This document shows, piece after piece, positions 49,916 to 60,598 of a stretch of 64,000 nucleotides of DNA (the stretch's first letter is position 1; each line of letters starts with the position of its first letter). The notes under the pieces are model-generated. The model did no database searches and was not told the origin of the DNA. It saw nothing but the letters and a program-made list of their open reading frames with translations. The stretch comes from Promethearchaeota archaeon (GTDB taxonomy: Archaea > Asgardarchaeota > Lokiarchaeia > Sigyniarchaeales > SOKP01). The stretch spans positions 96,001 to 160,000 of the forward strand of contig JAUVNS010000010.1 of NCBI GenBank assembly GCA_030599585.1, read 5' to 3'. The position numbers and the translations under genes are program-made.

Positions 49916-50287
49916 ATGATGGCATCCGTTTTTATTGTTGAAGATGACGTTTTCATATTAAGATTATATGAAATTTTTTTAAGATCGAGCAAATTTTCTG
50001 TAATTGGAAAGGCAAAAAATGGAGATGAAGCTGTAGCTTCTTATAAATTAATGAGTACAAAACCTGATTTGATAATTATGGACAATCGTATGCCAGTTAA
50101 AAGTGGTATTGAAGCATTAAAAGAAATTCTCGAAATTGATAGTCAGGCAAAAATTATGATAGTGAGTGCAGATCGTAGTATTGAAAAAATAGCGAAATCT
50201 GTTGGAGCTGTAGCGTTTATGGAAAAACCATTTTCGTTGAAAATATTAGTTGAGAATATTAATAATGTTATTACAAATTGTGTTTAA
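49916..50287 (+). CDS. Stand-alone receiver (CheY-like)
   Basis: VEDD, IMDNRMP, VSA, EKPF. Confidence 0.92.
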   Translation: MMASVFIVEDDVFILRLYEIFLRSSKFSVIGKAKNGDEAVASYKLMSTKPDLIIMDNRMPVKSGIEALKEILEIDSQAKIMIVSADRSIEKIAKSVGAVAFMEKPFSLKILVENINNVITNCV

Positions 50288-50330
50288 CTTTACATCATTA
50301 AATTTGAAAGTTTGAGATGATTTAAAAATA

Positions 50331-50525
50331 ATGAATATGGATATGAAAAAAAAGATTATTTATACTCCAAATATATGTCCCTATTGCCAATCAACAGAAA
50401 TAATCCCGAAAAAGGAATTTATCAAAGATAATTACCTCAAGATCCCATACTATTGCAAAAAATGTGGAAAAGTTTCTAAAGCCATATATTTTATTGAATA
50501 CCAAGAAACTGAGGGTTGGTATTAG
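50331..50525 (+). CDS. Small Zn-ribbon protein
   Basis: CPYC...CKKC; co-directional within the unit. Confidence 0.65.
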   Translation: MNMDMKKKIIYTPNICPYCQSTEIIPKKEFIKDNYLKIPYYCKKCGKVSKAIYFIEYQETEGWY

Positions 50526-50595
50526 TTTGATTAGGTTTAAACTATATTATTTAATTTGGATTATGATATTTAGTTGAGGATTTAGGTTTGTTATT

Positions 50596-52524
50596 TTGGC
50601 ATTATTAACATTACTACAAGCAGATATAGATGAAGTTATTAAGCAGTTACAAGTACTAACAGGCTTAAAATTTGATAATTATTTATATAATTTTATTGAA
50701 AAAAGAATAATTTATCGCATTCAAAACTTAAAATTAAATTCCCACGTGGAATATTTAAAATATCTTAAGTCGAATCCGAAAGAAATTGAGGAATTTCTTG
50801 AACGATTTACCATTAATCACACTTATTTTTTCAGAGATTTAGATGTTTTCAAAGCATTAGAAAATTATTTTAAGAATTATAAAACAAAATCGAAAATACG
50901 CGTATGGTCTGCCGCTTGTGCAACGGGAGATGAAGCCTATTCAGTTGCATTGATTTTAGATAAATTAAGCAAACGCGTTAAAAATTTTTCTGATTTTAAA
51001 GTAATAGCGTCTGATATTGATAAAAGGGCAATTGGAGTTGCCAAAAAAGGAAAATATTCTGAATTTTCTTTACATACCACTCCTGATGAATACATTCAAG
51101 AATACTTCAAACGAAAGGAAACACCTTACAGTCCAGAGTTTAAATTGGATGAAGTCTTAATGAAGAAGGTTGAATTCATCGAAGAGGATATAACTATAGG
51201 ACATAAAAAGAAGATAAAATATGACATCGTTTTATGTAGAAATTTCATGATTTATCTTAATAAAAAAGCGCGTAATGAACTCTTAAGGATCATCGAATCC
51301 AAAATGATTAATGGGGGTTTGTTGATTTTAGGGTTAAGCGAATCTTTATTAGGTGTAAAAAGTAGCTTTAAGCCAATTGATATTAAGCATCGTTTCTTTA
51401 TTAAAAGAAGTTCCAATTTCATTGAATCTAATAAGAAACAAATTGAAGAATTAATAAAAAAGACCAAGATACAAAAGCCAATTTTCATAGAGAATAATCT
51501 AACTAATTTTGATGAGCTTGAATTAAAAAATAATATTAATGAAACAACTCTAAAAATAGAAGAAGAAAAATTAAACAAACAGATTAAATACAAATCGATT
51601 GAAGATCAACGAAAGACCATTGAAAAAAGAGCACATGGATTAATTAAAAGAGAACTGATTATACAAGAACAAGAAAAGATTTTATTAAAGAATCTTTCAT
51701 ATTTAAAAAAAAGAGAGAAGGATATATTAAAAAAATCGAAATATATGGAAAAATTAATTCTATTTATTAAAGAACAAGAAAAGGAATTAAATCTCTTCAT
51801 TAGGAATATGGAGTTCTTTTCCAATCAATTAGAAGAAAAGGAAAATCACTTGAATTATAAAGAGAAGCAAATAAATCATCAATTCAATCAAATTGGTTAT
51901 TATACAAATCAATTATTACAAAAAGAAAAAACACTTCCAAAAAAAGAACATAAACATATAGGTGACTATTCACTTGAGGTTGTGGATGAGAAACGAATTG
52001 ATCACATAATTAATCCTAATAAAGATCTAGAATTAACTATTCCAGTGGGATATTATGGAGTTTTGAACTTGCATATTCAAAATGAAACTGCTACTAAGTT
52101 CGGCGTTAATTCTTTAGGAGCAGGAATAGCCTTGATATTAAAGGACGATTCTAATAAAATATATGCATTTTCTCATTCAAGATTTCCCAATTCTTCAGCT
52201 TCAAAGCAAGGATATCATCTCGTTTCTCCTCATTCTTTTATAAATACTTCTGTAATAAGTTTGTTAAATACAATGCTTTATCATGGTGCTGAAAAGAATG
52301 AAATTAAAGCAATTGTTATAGGAGGCGCACGATTGTTTAATGATTTTGATTTAACATTTCAAGAGAATATTGATTCTATCAAAAGAGAATTAAAGAAAAA
52401 TAGTATTTTAACTGAAATCGAAGATTTGGGAGGCTTAAGTGAAAAAGCAGTAAAGTACGATGTAATAAATAATTCTCTTTATGTAAAAAGAGCTTGGGAA
52501 TTTGAATTTAGGAAAATTAATTAA
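50596..52524 (+). CDS. CheR - coiled coil - CheD-like fusion
   Basis: TINHTYFFRD, VWSAACATGDEAYS, DIVLCRN; heptad-rich middle; C-terminal CheD fold (LGAGIAL, SHSRFP, IGGA, EDLGG). Confidence 0.85.
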   Translation: MALLTLLQADIDEVIKQLQVLTGLKFDNYLYNFIEKRIIYRIQNLKLNSHVEYLKYLKSNPKEIEEFLERFTINHTYFFRDLDVFKALENYFKNYKTKSKIRVWSAACATGDEAYSVALILDKLSKRVKNFSDFKVIASDIDKRAIGVAKKGKYSEFSLHTTPDEYIQEYFKRKETPYSPEFKLDEVLMKKVEFIEEDITIGHKKKIKYDIVLCRNFMIYLNKKARNELLRIIESKMINGGLLILGLSESLLGVKSSFKPIDIKHRFFIKRSSNFIESNKKQIEELIKKTKIQKPIFIENNLTNFDELELKNNINETTLKIEEEKLNKQIKYKSIEDQRKTIEKRAHGLIKRELIIQEQEKILLKNLSYLKKREKDILKKSKYMEKLILFIKEQEKELNLFIRNMEFFSNQLEEKENHLNYKEKQINHQFNQIGYYTNQLLQKEKTLPKKEHKHIGDYSLEVVDEKRIDHIINPNKDLELTIPVGYYGVLNLHIQNETATKFGVNSLGAGIALILKDDSNKIYAFSHSRFPNSSASKQGYHLVSPHSFINTSVISLLNTMLYHGAEKNEIKAIVIGGARLFNDFDLTFQENIDSIKRELKKNSILTEIEDLGGLSEKAVKYDVINNSLYVKRAWEFEFRKIN

Positions 52525-53227
52525 ATAATCACTAATAAATTCGGTTCCAAAATATTGCCGAACAATATTAAAAATCCAATTTTAGCGTCCTATAACAGAC
52601 TTTATGATAAATTTTACAAAGCTCGATATGTGCTAAATCATCTTAGCCGTAACGGAAGCATAAGTGTACTGATTAAAATAGTCAATGATTGCGTAAGAAA
52701 TAGCTTGAGCGAGCGCCATTTTATTGTGTTCGTTAGTGTTTGAATCTTCCACCACAAGGTCAAATTTTACAGTAAATCTGTAATAAATGATCGAAGAAGA
52801 AGAACCTCAAGTATATTGTCATCTTAGCATGATGGGATAATTCCTGACTGATTTTCTAGGTTTCAAAATACCAGATTATAAAGACACTTAATTATGTCAT
52901 ACCTATTATTGCGAGCCAAAAATATAACATTGGAAGGTATGGTGATAATTTGGAACCCATATTTCGCAATAATATGGTATACGCACTTGTAAAAGTTAGC
53001 AAAATCAGAAATATCAGTAATCTCGGTTAATGCTTTAAATTGCCAATAAGAAATATATCCTAAGAGAGTTATAAATTTTCGAGAAAGATCGAGAAAGAAT
53101 GGGGATAAATGATTATATTTAAGGTAATAATTTAAGATCGGGAATGAGACTTTCACGAACATAATAATAATAAAAAATTCTATAAAAAAGTGAAAAAAAA
53201 ATGAAAAAAAAATGAAAAAAAAAAACT

Positions 53228-54823
53228 TTATCGTTTTAATTTAGATTTTAATGAAAGTTTCTTCTTTTCTTTTTGTTCCTTGATTGGTTTTGACTCAGTT
53301 CCTTCTGAACCATCAGATTTGTATTGAGTTAAATTACTTTTTAAATCTTCTGCTAGAACACCTAATTTATCAGCTGTAGCAGCGATTTCTTCCATGGATG
53401 CTGTCTGTTCTTCTGCGGATGCGCTAATGCCTTCAATAGATCCCGTAGTAGATTCAAGTCTTTTAAGAATATCATTGATTTTTGAACCCGTAGTTCTAAC
53501 AGAGTTTCTTGATTCTTCAGCAAGTTTTCTTACTTCATCAGCTACAACTGCAAATCCTCTACCATGTTCTCCAGCACGACCAGCTTCTATACTTGCGTTT
53601 AACGCTAGTAAGTTTGTTTGTTCAGAAATAGATACTATTATCTCCATAACTCTTTTAATCTCGGTCGAAGATAGCATTATAGTTTGACTATCATTTGCAA
53701 CTTCTTGTGTTGTTGAGGCGATTTCTTCTGATGCAGCGTTAACTTCACTTGCACTAGCAGCTAATTCTGTAGCTATATTTGCTACAATAATACTTGCTTC
53801 AGATCCTGCTTTTAGCACATTTTCCATATTGGAGGTAACTCTTGCAATACTTTTGGTAGTAGGTATCGCTATTATTAATCCAAGTACAACAACAGCTCCT
53901 AATGCTACGAAAGTGATAACATAGGCTATAAATACACCTAGTTGAGCACTAGCAATTTCTTCGTCTATTTCGGCTTCTGTTTCATGATGTATTTCAGTTA
54001 AGTCTGCGGATAAATGTTCATAATCTAATTCAACATCTTCTAATTTTGCATCAATGTGATCTTTCATGTCAAAGACTCCATCCGCTCCTACAACCATTTC
54101 AGTAAAAGCATGATGGACAGTTTCAATCTCCGCGATCTTATCTGTAATTGTTGCGTTTCCAGCATAAAAAGTTTCAATAACTCCTATTACATTATCGAAA
54201 GTAACAACTGAAGTATTAAATTCTAAATCAGTATCTTCATGGATTCCTTCTAAGTACTCAAACGTTAAATATATCTGTTCGTTAACATAACTTCTCATCA
54301 AAGTTGCATTTAATTTCATCTGAACATCACTAATTAATGCAATCAACTCGTCAATTAAAATATCTATTTGCTCTCGCATATCAATACTCGAATTTAAAGC
54401 TGCGCTTATTTCTTGGATATGAACGATAATTCCATGCTCGTCGCTAGTAATATCATCGATAATGCAATCAAAATCTGTCCCAATATCAACAAGTTCATCA
54501 CCATGCTCTGGATGCAATGTTCTTAATAAATCTAAAGATGAATTAAAAATTTCAGCATGCTCCAAAATATGGTCTATGATACTTTCCTCTTCGGCATGAT
54601 GCGATTCTCCTCCGTTATAGAGGGTTTCAAAAGTTTCTCGAATAATCAACTCCGATTCATATTGCATTGTATCTACGGCTTCCATAATAACAAAATCCTT
54701 TTGGGTAAACTCTGTAAGATACCCATCCAAAGAATTTATTTGAATGGTGCCAACGATTCCGATTGCAAAAGAAAAAGCAATAAGAACGGCAAATCCAATA
54801 GTCATTCTTCTTTTAATATTCAT
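53228..54823 (-). CDS. Methyl-accepting chemotaxis protein
   Basis: Two TM helices; [35 protein letters not shown]; EE/QE methylation pairs. Confidence 0.96.
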   Translation of the reverse strand: MNIKRRMTIGFAVLIAFSFAIGIVGTIQINSLDGYLTEFTQKDFVIMEAVDTMQYESELIIRETFETLYNGGESHHAEEESIIDHILEHAEIFNSSLDLLRTLHPEHGDELVDIGTDFDCIIDDITSDEHGIIVHIQEISAALNSSIDMREQIDILIDELIALISDVQMKLNATLMRSYVNEQIYLTFEYLEGIHEDTDLEFNTSVVTFDNVIGVIETFYAGNATITDKIAEIETVHHAFTEMVVGADGVFDMKDHIDAKLEDVELDYEHLSADLTEIHHETEAEIDEEIASAQLGVFIAYVITFVALGAVVVLGLIIAIPTTKSIARVTSNMENVLKAGSEASIIVANIATELAASASEVNAASEEIASTTQEVANDSQTIMLSSTEIKRVMEIIVSISEQTNLLALNASIEAGRAGEHGRGFAVVADEVRKLAEESRNSVRTTGSKINDILKRLESTTGSIEGISASAEEQTASMEEIAATADKLGVLAEDLKSNLTQYKSDGSEGTESKPIKEQKEKKKLSLKSKLKR

Positions 54824-55396
54824 AATTCTAGTCCTTTTTTTGTGTTTTTTTTTTTTAAAAAATATATTTTTTATAAAAATTAGGTAATTATACCAATTTA
54901 ATTAAATTACTTATATATAAATACTAATATTTACATAAATTTAAAAAAGAAATGTAAATTCTTATCTAAAATCACAAATTTTATCTAAATCTAAAAACTA
55001 ATTTTAAAGAATATTAGTAAATAATTCTTAAATAGAAATAAAAACTCTAAAAAAATTAAGATACTTAAGAAGATTGTAAATAAAAAATAATTTAAATTTA
55101 GTCCTTTCTCATAATATTTTTGAAAATAGAAGTTTTTTTTTAGTGCAATATTAGATTTTGAAGGAACCATCTTTCACAACCCTACCAATAATTTTAGCTT
55201 GAAGTCTTTTTCTCTTTTTATTTCGAGTTAACATTTCAAACTAATAATTCATTTCTTTGCAAAAGGAAAAACACCATCAGCTATTTCATGACTTCCTTTA
55301 CCAGGAGCCTTTCTACAAAGGGAGATAAAACGATACAACTTTTAATGCAGAATATCCAATTAAGTTAGAAGAAAAATTAATAAATAAGTAATTAAA

Positions 55397-55467
55397 TGCG
55401 CCTGCCGGGAATTGAACCCGGGACGCTGACTTGGGAAGCCAGCATATTACCACTATACTACAAGCGC
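55397..55467 (-). tRNA. tRNA-Gly (CCC)
   Basis: GCGCTTG...CAGGCGC-A acceptor; anticodon loop TTCCCAA; T-loop GGTTCAATTCC. Confidence 0.95.
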
Positions 55468-55736
55468 AAAAAAGAAAAAAGTAACAAATAATAATGAGCT
55501 CTCGCAAATAAATTTTTATTAATTATTATTCGATTTCTCGAAAAAGAATTTCGTATCAGTTTAACGAACAAGCATCTTTTTTGAATAATGTTATAATCTG
55601 TTTTTTCTAGATTTACAATTAAGGAGAATTAATTAGATTTTCTAACGATTTTTTAGTTAATACTTCTTTGCATAGAATTCACGCTTAAAGATATAATTTT
55701 ATATATTTTTAACTTAAAATAACAGGGTTTAAGAAA

Positions 55737-58379
55737 ATGATTTCAGATAAGAAAAGTGTGGTAGAAGATCTCAAGCTACCTGATGCAATATATCAAACAT
55801 TAATAAATGACATTGTTGATACAATTGTAGAAATTGATTTAAATGGTAATTTTATTTATGTAAGTCCTCAATGTTACAAGATGTTTGGATATCAACCCCA
55901 CGAAGTCATTGGAAGAAAAGCTCTTCGCTTTATTCATTCAGATGATTTATTGAACGTAATGAATAAGATGAAAGAAGCGATAGAAGAACAAAAACATATT
56001 TCATATGAATATAGAGCAAAACATAAAAATGGCGGTTATGTAAATGTTTCAGCTAAAGGAGGAATAATCAACCGAGATGGGAAGGGATCTTTAGTTGGAG
56101 TATTAAGAGATGTTACAGACCAAAAAATCGCAATTAATAAGCTAAAAGATTCAGAGCATCAATATCGAACAATTATTGAATCCATGGGAGTCCCCATACA
56201 TGTTATTGATAAGAATTATAAAATAATTCTAGCTAACAATTCTTTAAACAACTGGTTAACCACATTAAATCTAACTGAAGAATTAGTTGGAAAAATTGTC
56301 TTTGAGGTATTTCCTTTTTTACCCGAAGAAGTAGGTAAAGAATATGATAAGGTCTTCAATACGGGTAAAACAGTAGTAACAAAAGGATTTACTAACCTCA
56401 ATGATAAATTAATTTATACGGTAACCAGAAAGATTCCAATTATCAATAATAATCAAGTCACCCAAATCGTTACTGTTGTAAAGGATATAACTGATAAAAA
56501 AGTAACAGAAGAAAAACTGAAGAAATCTGAGAAGGAATTTCGAAATATTATTGAAAATACTAAGGATGCGATTGTCATAATAGATTTTGAGGGAAAATTA
56601 TTATACATCTCACCTCAATTATCGAAGATGTTGAAAGGGAGAGAAATCACCAAAAACAGTAGATTCTTTCATTATGTCCACAAAGATGATGTCATGAAAT
56701 TGATTTCTTTTTACAAAAACACGCTTAAAGAGAAGACTTTTCTCGAACAACCCGTTGAATTCAGAATTTTGCCTAAACACGGTGACTATAAGTGGTTTTC
56801 AAGTTCATCTAAAAATTATTATGATGACGAAGGCAACATTATTGGTTTCATTTCAACTCTAAAAGACATAACAGATAAGAAGATAGCTGAACAAAAGTTA
56901 AAAGAATCGGAACAAAAATATCGTCTTATTACTGAACAATCTAACGATCTCATAAGAGTTTTAAACGAAAAGTTTGAACTCGAATATGTAAACGAACTTT
57001 CTCTTAAAAATCTATTAGGTTATACTAAGCAAGAATTACTTGGTAAGAATTCAATTATTTTAAACCACCCTGACGATTATAAAAAAGTCCGCCGCTTTAT
57101 GCTCAAAGTGTTCAAGTATGGAGAAAATATGCATGAAACAAGGATAAGACATAAAAATGGTAATTGGGTGTGGTTTGAGAATAAAGCAAAAATGTTTACT
57201 GATGAACAAGGTAATCAAAAATACTTATACATATCCCGGGACATCACTGAAAGGAAAAAAACTGAAAAAGCTCTTAAAGAATCAGAGGAAAAGTACCGAA
57301 GTTTATATAAAAACTCTCCTAATGCTGTTGTTTTAACAAATGAAAGAGGATTGATATTAGATATCAACTCATCAGCGGAAAGAATTCTAGGATATAAGCG
57401 AGAGGAGATAATTGGGAGAAATTATCTGGAATTTAATATGGTTACTTATGAGCAGATCTCGACTATTAAAAGAATGTATAAGGATATTCTCAATGGCATT
57501 AAACCCAAGCCTATTGAGCTACAGATAAAAAGAAAAAATAGTAAGATATCATGGATATCTTTTCAGAGTTCAATGATTAAAATGGATAAGGAAATTATAA
57601 TTGAATCGATTTGTCAAGACATCAATAGTAAAAAGAAAGCTGAAATTCTCATAATCGAGGAAAATAAAAGATTAATGGAACTTAACAAGATAAAGTCCGA
57701 ATTTATCTCGAGAGCGTCTCACGAACTAAAGACCCCCATTACTTCAATATATGGGGGATCTCAAATCTTAATGGAGTTATATAAAGATCAGACATGTTCT
57801 GATGCGATAGAATTTATAGAATTGATTAATAGAGGAGGAAAGAGATTAAAACTTCTAGTTGATAATTTACTTGACGCTTCAAGAATTGATTCTGATAAAT
57901 TAAGATTGAATCTTCAAAGTGAGAACATATCACAAATTATAGGAGACAGCACGAATGAAATTCGATACTTAGCCTATAAACGAAATATTATCATAGAGCA
58001 ACACTTACCTGAAATAACAAATATTGTAGTAGATAAAATTAGAATAGAACAGGTTATCACTAATCTAATCTCAAATGCGATTAAAAACACTCCAAGGAAG
58101 GGGATAATATCGCTAGTTTTAGAGGAAAAACCCGATAGCGTTATATTTAAGGTAAAGGATTCGGGTATAGGATTGACGGAAAAAGAAATGGATAAACTAT
58201 TCAAGAAATTTGGAAAAATAGAACGAGTCGGCCCAAAAATGGATATTGACATCGAAGGTTCGGGTTTAGGTTTGTATATTTCAAAGGAAATAATAGATCT
58301 ACACGGAGGAAATATTTGGGTCGAATCTAAGGGCAGAAATAAAGGAGCGACCTTTTATTTCAAACTATTTAAAAAATAA
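55737..58379 (+). CDS. Multi-PAS histidine kinase (~5 PAS)
   Basis: PAS repeats; SHELKTPI; NAIK, DSGIG, GSGLGL. Confidence 0.95.
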   Translation: MISDKKSVVEDLKLPDAIYQTLINDIVDTIVEIDLNGNFIYVSPQCYKMFGYQPHEVIGRKALRFIHSDDLLNVMNKMKEAIEEQKHISYEYRAKHKNGGYVNVSAKGGIINRDGKGSLVGVLRDVTDQKIAINKLKDSEHQYRTIIESMGVPIHVIDKNYKIILANNSLNNWLTTLNLTEELVGKIVFEVFPFLPEEVGKEYDKVFNTGKTVVTKGFTNLNDKLIYTVTRKIPIINNNQVTQIVTVVKDITDKKVTEEKLKKSEKEFRNIIENTKDAIVIIDFEGKLLYISPQLSKMLKGREITKNSRFFHYVHKDDVMKLISFYKNTLKEKTFLEQPVEFRILPKHGDYKWFSSSSKNYYDDEGNIIGFISTLKDITDKKIAEQKLKESEQKYRLITEQSNDLIRVLNEKFELEYVNELSLKNLLGYTKQELLGKNSIILNHPDDYKKVRRFMLKVFKYGENMHETRIRHKNGNWVWFENKAKMFTDEQGNQKYLYISRDITERKKTEKALKESEEKYRSLYKNSPNAVVLTNERGLILDINSSAERILGYKREEIIGRNYLEFNMVTYEQISTIKRMYKDILNGIKPKPIELQIKRKNSKISWISFQSSMIKMDKEIIIESICQDINSKKKAEILIIEENKRLMELNKIKSEFISRASHELKTPITSIYGGSQILMELYKDQTCSDAIEFIELINRGGKRLKLLVDNLLDASRIDSDKLRLNLQSENISQIIGDSTNEIRYLAYKRNIIIEQHLPEITNIVVDKIRIEQVITNLISNAIKNTPRKGIISLVLEEKPDSVIFKVKDSGIGLTEKEMDKLFKKFGKIERVGPKMDIDIEGSGLGLYISKEIIDLHGGNIWVESKGRNKGATFYFKLFKK

Positions 58380-58473
58380 GCTATAGAAAATACTTAGTTT
58401 TATTGGGATTTTTATTCGCTTGCCTTTTTTTTTATGATAAAATTTTAATTTTCTTGCTTTTATCTAGAATGTT

Positions 58474-59148
58474 ATGAGTGTTGAGAAACGATATCATAAA
58501 AAAAATATACACATTGATAATACTAATGCATTACTTATAGTTGATATGCAAAATGATTTTATGCCAGGTGGGGCTTTACCTGTCGAAGAGGGCGATCAAA
58601 TAATTGATAATGTAAATCAAATTTCTGAAATTTTTAAAGTAAATAATAGTAAGATCATATTGACTCAGGATTGGCATCCAAAAAACCATAAATCTTTTGC
58701 TAGTAGCTACAATGATAAAAATCCAGGTGACGAATATCATTCTGATGGTATTGGCCCTGTATTATGGCCAGATCACTGTGTACAAGGAACAAAAGGAGCA
58801 CAGTTTCATGATAAATTGAATGTTGAAAATGTTCACGCAATAATCCGAAAAGGTTATAATCTTGAGGTAGATAGTTATTCAGGCTTTATTGAAAATGATA
58901 AAAAATCAGAAACTGGACTTAAAGGTTACCTTAATTCCCTGAAAATTAAAAAAATTTTTATTTGTGGATTAGCTTTGGACTATTGTTGTTATTACACCGC
59001 TTTAGATGGAATAGATTTTGGTTTTGAAGTTTATTTTTTAGTAAATTTAACCAGAGGGATAGATCTACCTCCTGGAAACATATCAATAGCTCTCCAACAC
59101 ATGAGAGAGAAGGGAATTAAATTCGCTACTAAAGATAATTTAATCTAG
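58474..59148 (+). CDS. pncA: Nicotinamidase/pyrazinamidase
   Basis: VDMQNDF.PGGAL, QDWHP, WPDHCVQGT, DSYSGF, GLALDYC. Confidence 0.95.
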   Translation: MSVEKRYHKKNIHIDNTNALLIVDMQNDFMPGGALPVEEGDQIIDNVNQISEIFKVNNSKIILTQDWHPKNHKSFASSYNDKNPGDEYHSDGIGPVLWPDHCVQGTKGAQFHDKLNVENVHAIIRKGYNLEVDSYSGFIENDKKSETGLKGYLNSLKIKKIFICGLALDYCCYYTALDGIDFGFEVYFLVNLTRGIDLPPGNISIALQHMREKGIKFATKDNLI

Positions 59149-59258
59149 AACAAGATTACTTAATTTTCTTCTAAATTTGCATGAAATTATTGAATTTTTT
59201 TCCTGTCCAAATCATTCCAAAAACTAATTATTAAGAAAAAGAATTTTCTAAAGTATCG

Positions 59259-59744
59259 ATGAATCAAAAATATAACCGCTTTCCATATAGGAAAATTCTA
59301 GTTGTCTGTAGCGTTAACACTGCTAGAAGTCCGATGTCTGAAGGAATTCTCAGAGATTTCTTTTCCCGTAATGCAATGGATGTTTCTGTATCTTCTGGTG
59401 GTATCGCTTCAAACGCTAGAGACGGGATGCTTATTTCTTTAGATGCGAAGTTAGTTATGGAAGAAATTGGTATTTATCTTTCAGATGATTCTGTTTCAGT
59501 TGACCTAAAAAAACACCCTGAATTAATGCAAAAGGTGGACTTAATTCTCGCCTTAACAGAGAAGCACAAAAAAGAAATCTACAATCATTTTAAGTTAGAG
59601 AACAAGGCTGTTTTTACATTAAGAGAATTTGCAGGAGAAAATGGAGATATTGATGATCCTTCCATGAAAGGTCCTATAGGTTTTCGAAAGGCTCGTGATG
59701 AGATAGAACATTGTATAGTTGAAGGAATGAAAAGATTTGAGTGA
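59259..59744 (+). CDS. Low-molecular-weight protein tyrosine phosphatase family protein
   Basis: VCSVNTARSPMSE P-loop; DIDDP. Confidence 0.88.
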   Translation: MNQKYNRFPYRKILVVCSVNTARSPMSEGILRDFFSRNAMDVSVSSGGIASNARDGMLISLDAKLVMEEIGIYLSDDSVSVDLKKHPELMQKVDLILALTEKHKKEIYNHFKLENKAVFTLREFAGENGDIDDPSMKGPIGFRKARDEIEHCIVEGMKRFE

Positions 59745-60595
59745 TTTTTATGATTGAATACATAATATTAGCAATACTGCAAGGATTATTTGAGTGGTTG
59801 CCCATTTCTTCTTCTGGGCAAGTTATGATAATTTCAATTAATTTTTTTGGTATTCCTCCTGAAAAAGCATTTAGTTTAAGCATTTGGATGCATTTAGGAA
59901 CTGCAATCGCGGTTTTAATAAAACTAAGAAAAGATTACCTTCAAATAGTTAAATCCGTAATACCAAAGAGGTTTAAAGTTGATGAAGATGATATTAAGAA
60001 ACGAAACTGGTTAATTTATGCCACGATTGGAACAGCTATAACTGCCATCCCGTTATATCTACTGTTTAAATTTGTAATAATAGAAGGTTTTGACGCAACA
60101 CAGGGTGATTTGTTAACTTTGGCGATTTCTAGCCTACTAATTGTAACTGGAATTGTTTTATTGATTTTTAAAAGGAAATTTGGAAAAAAAACTATCGGGA
60201 CAGTGTCAGATCGGGAACTCATCAAGGATTCGAGCATATCTGGGTTAATTCAAGGAATTGCAATACTTCCGGGAATATCCCGTTCAGGGTTCACTGTATC
60301 CACAATTCTATTCGAGAAATATGACCAAGATCAAAGTTTAAAATTAAGTTTTCTAATGTCGGTCCCTGTAGTACTCGCTTCTATTGGAATGGATATAATC
60401 TTCGGAGAAGGATCGGTTTTTGGAACAATTGATATCTTCACAATTTTGATTATAATAGCAGTTAGTTTCATTGTAGGTTACCTTTCAATGGAACTATTGT
60501 TAAAAATCGCACAAAAAATCAATTTTAGTTATTTCTGTATCCTATATGGAGTATTATCATTCTTGATAATTGTCCCTTTCACATTATTCGGATAG
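59741..60595 (+). CDS. uppP: Undecaprenyl/polyprenyl-diphosphate phosphatase (BacA family)
   Basis: QGLFEWLPISSSGQ, HLGT, PGISRSG, SFLMSVP. Confidence 0.93.
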   Translation: MIFMIEYIILAILQGLFEWLPISSSGQVMIISINFFGIPPEKAFSLSIWMHLGTAIAVLIKLRKDYLQIVKSVIPKRFKVDEDDIKKRNWLIYATIGTAITAIPLYLLFKFVIIEGFDATQGDLLTLAISSLLIVTGIVLLIFKRKFGKKTIGTVSDRELIKDSSISGLIQGIAILPGISRSGFTVSTILFEKYDQDQSLKLSFLMSVPVVLASIGMDIIFGEGSVFGTIDIFTILIIIAVSFIVGYLSMELLLKIAQKINFSYFCILYGVLSFLIIVPFTLFG

Positions 60596-60598
60596 ATT

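Noticed and set aside
53191-53226. Three tandem TGAAAAAAAAA units
   Set aside because: Simple low-complexity T-tract on the minus strand just after the MCP stop, probably a terminator; not a CRISPR array
52525-53227. Short ORFs (52555..52743, 52863..53162) as a possible transposase or pseudogene remnant
   Set aside because: No recognisable motif, terminal inverted repeat or TSD
55200-55330. Fluoride-riboswitch-like GCTGATGGTGTT string, or integrase remnant beside tRNA-Gly
   Set aside because: Required motif order and pairing are absent; frames are short with no integrase motif
55313-55507. 64 aa ORF on the minus strand
   Set aside because: Overlaps tRNA-Gly; spurious translation
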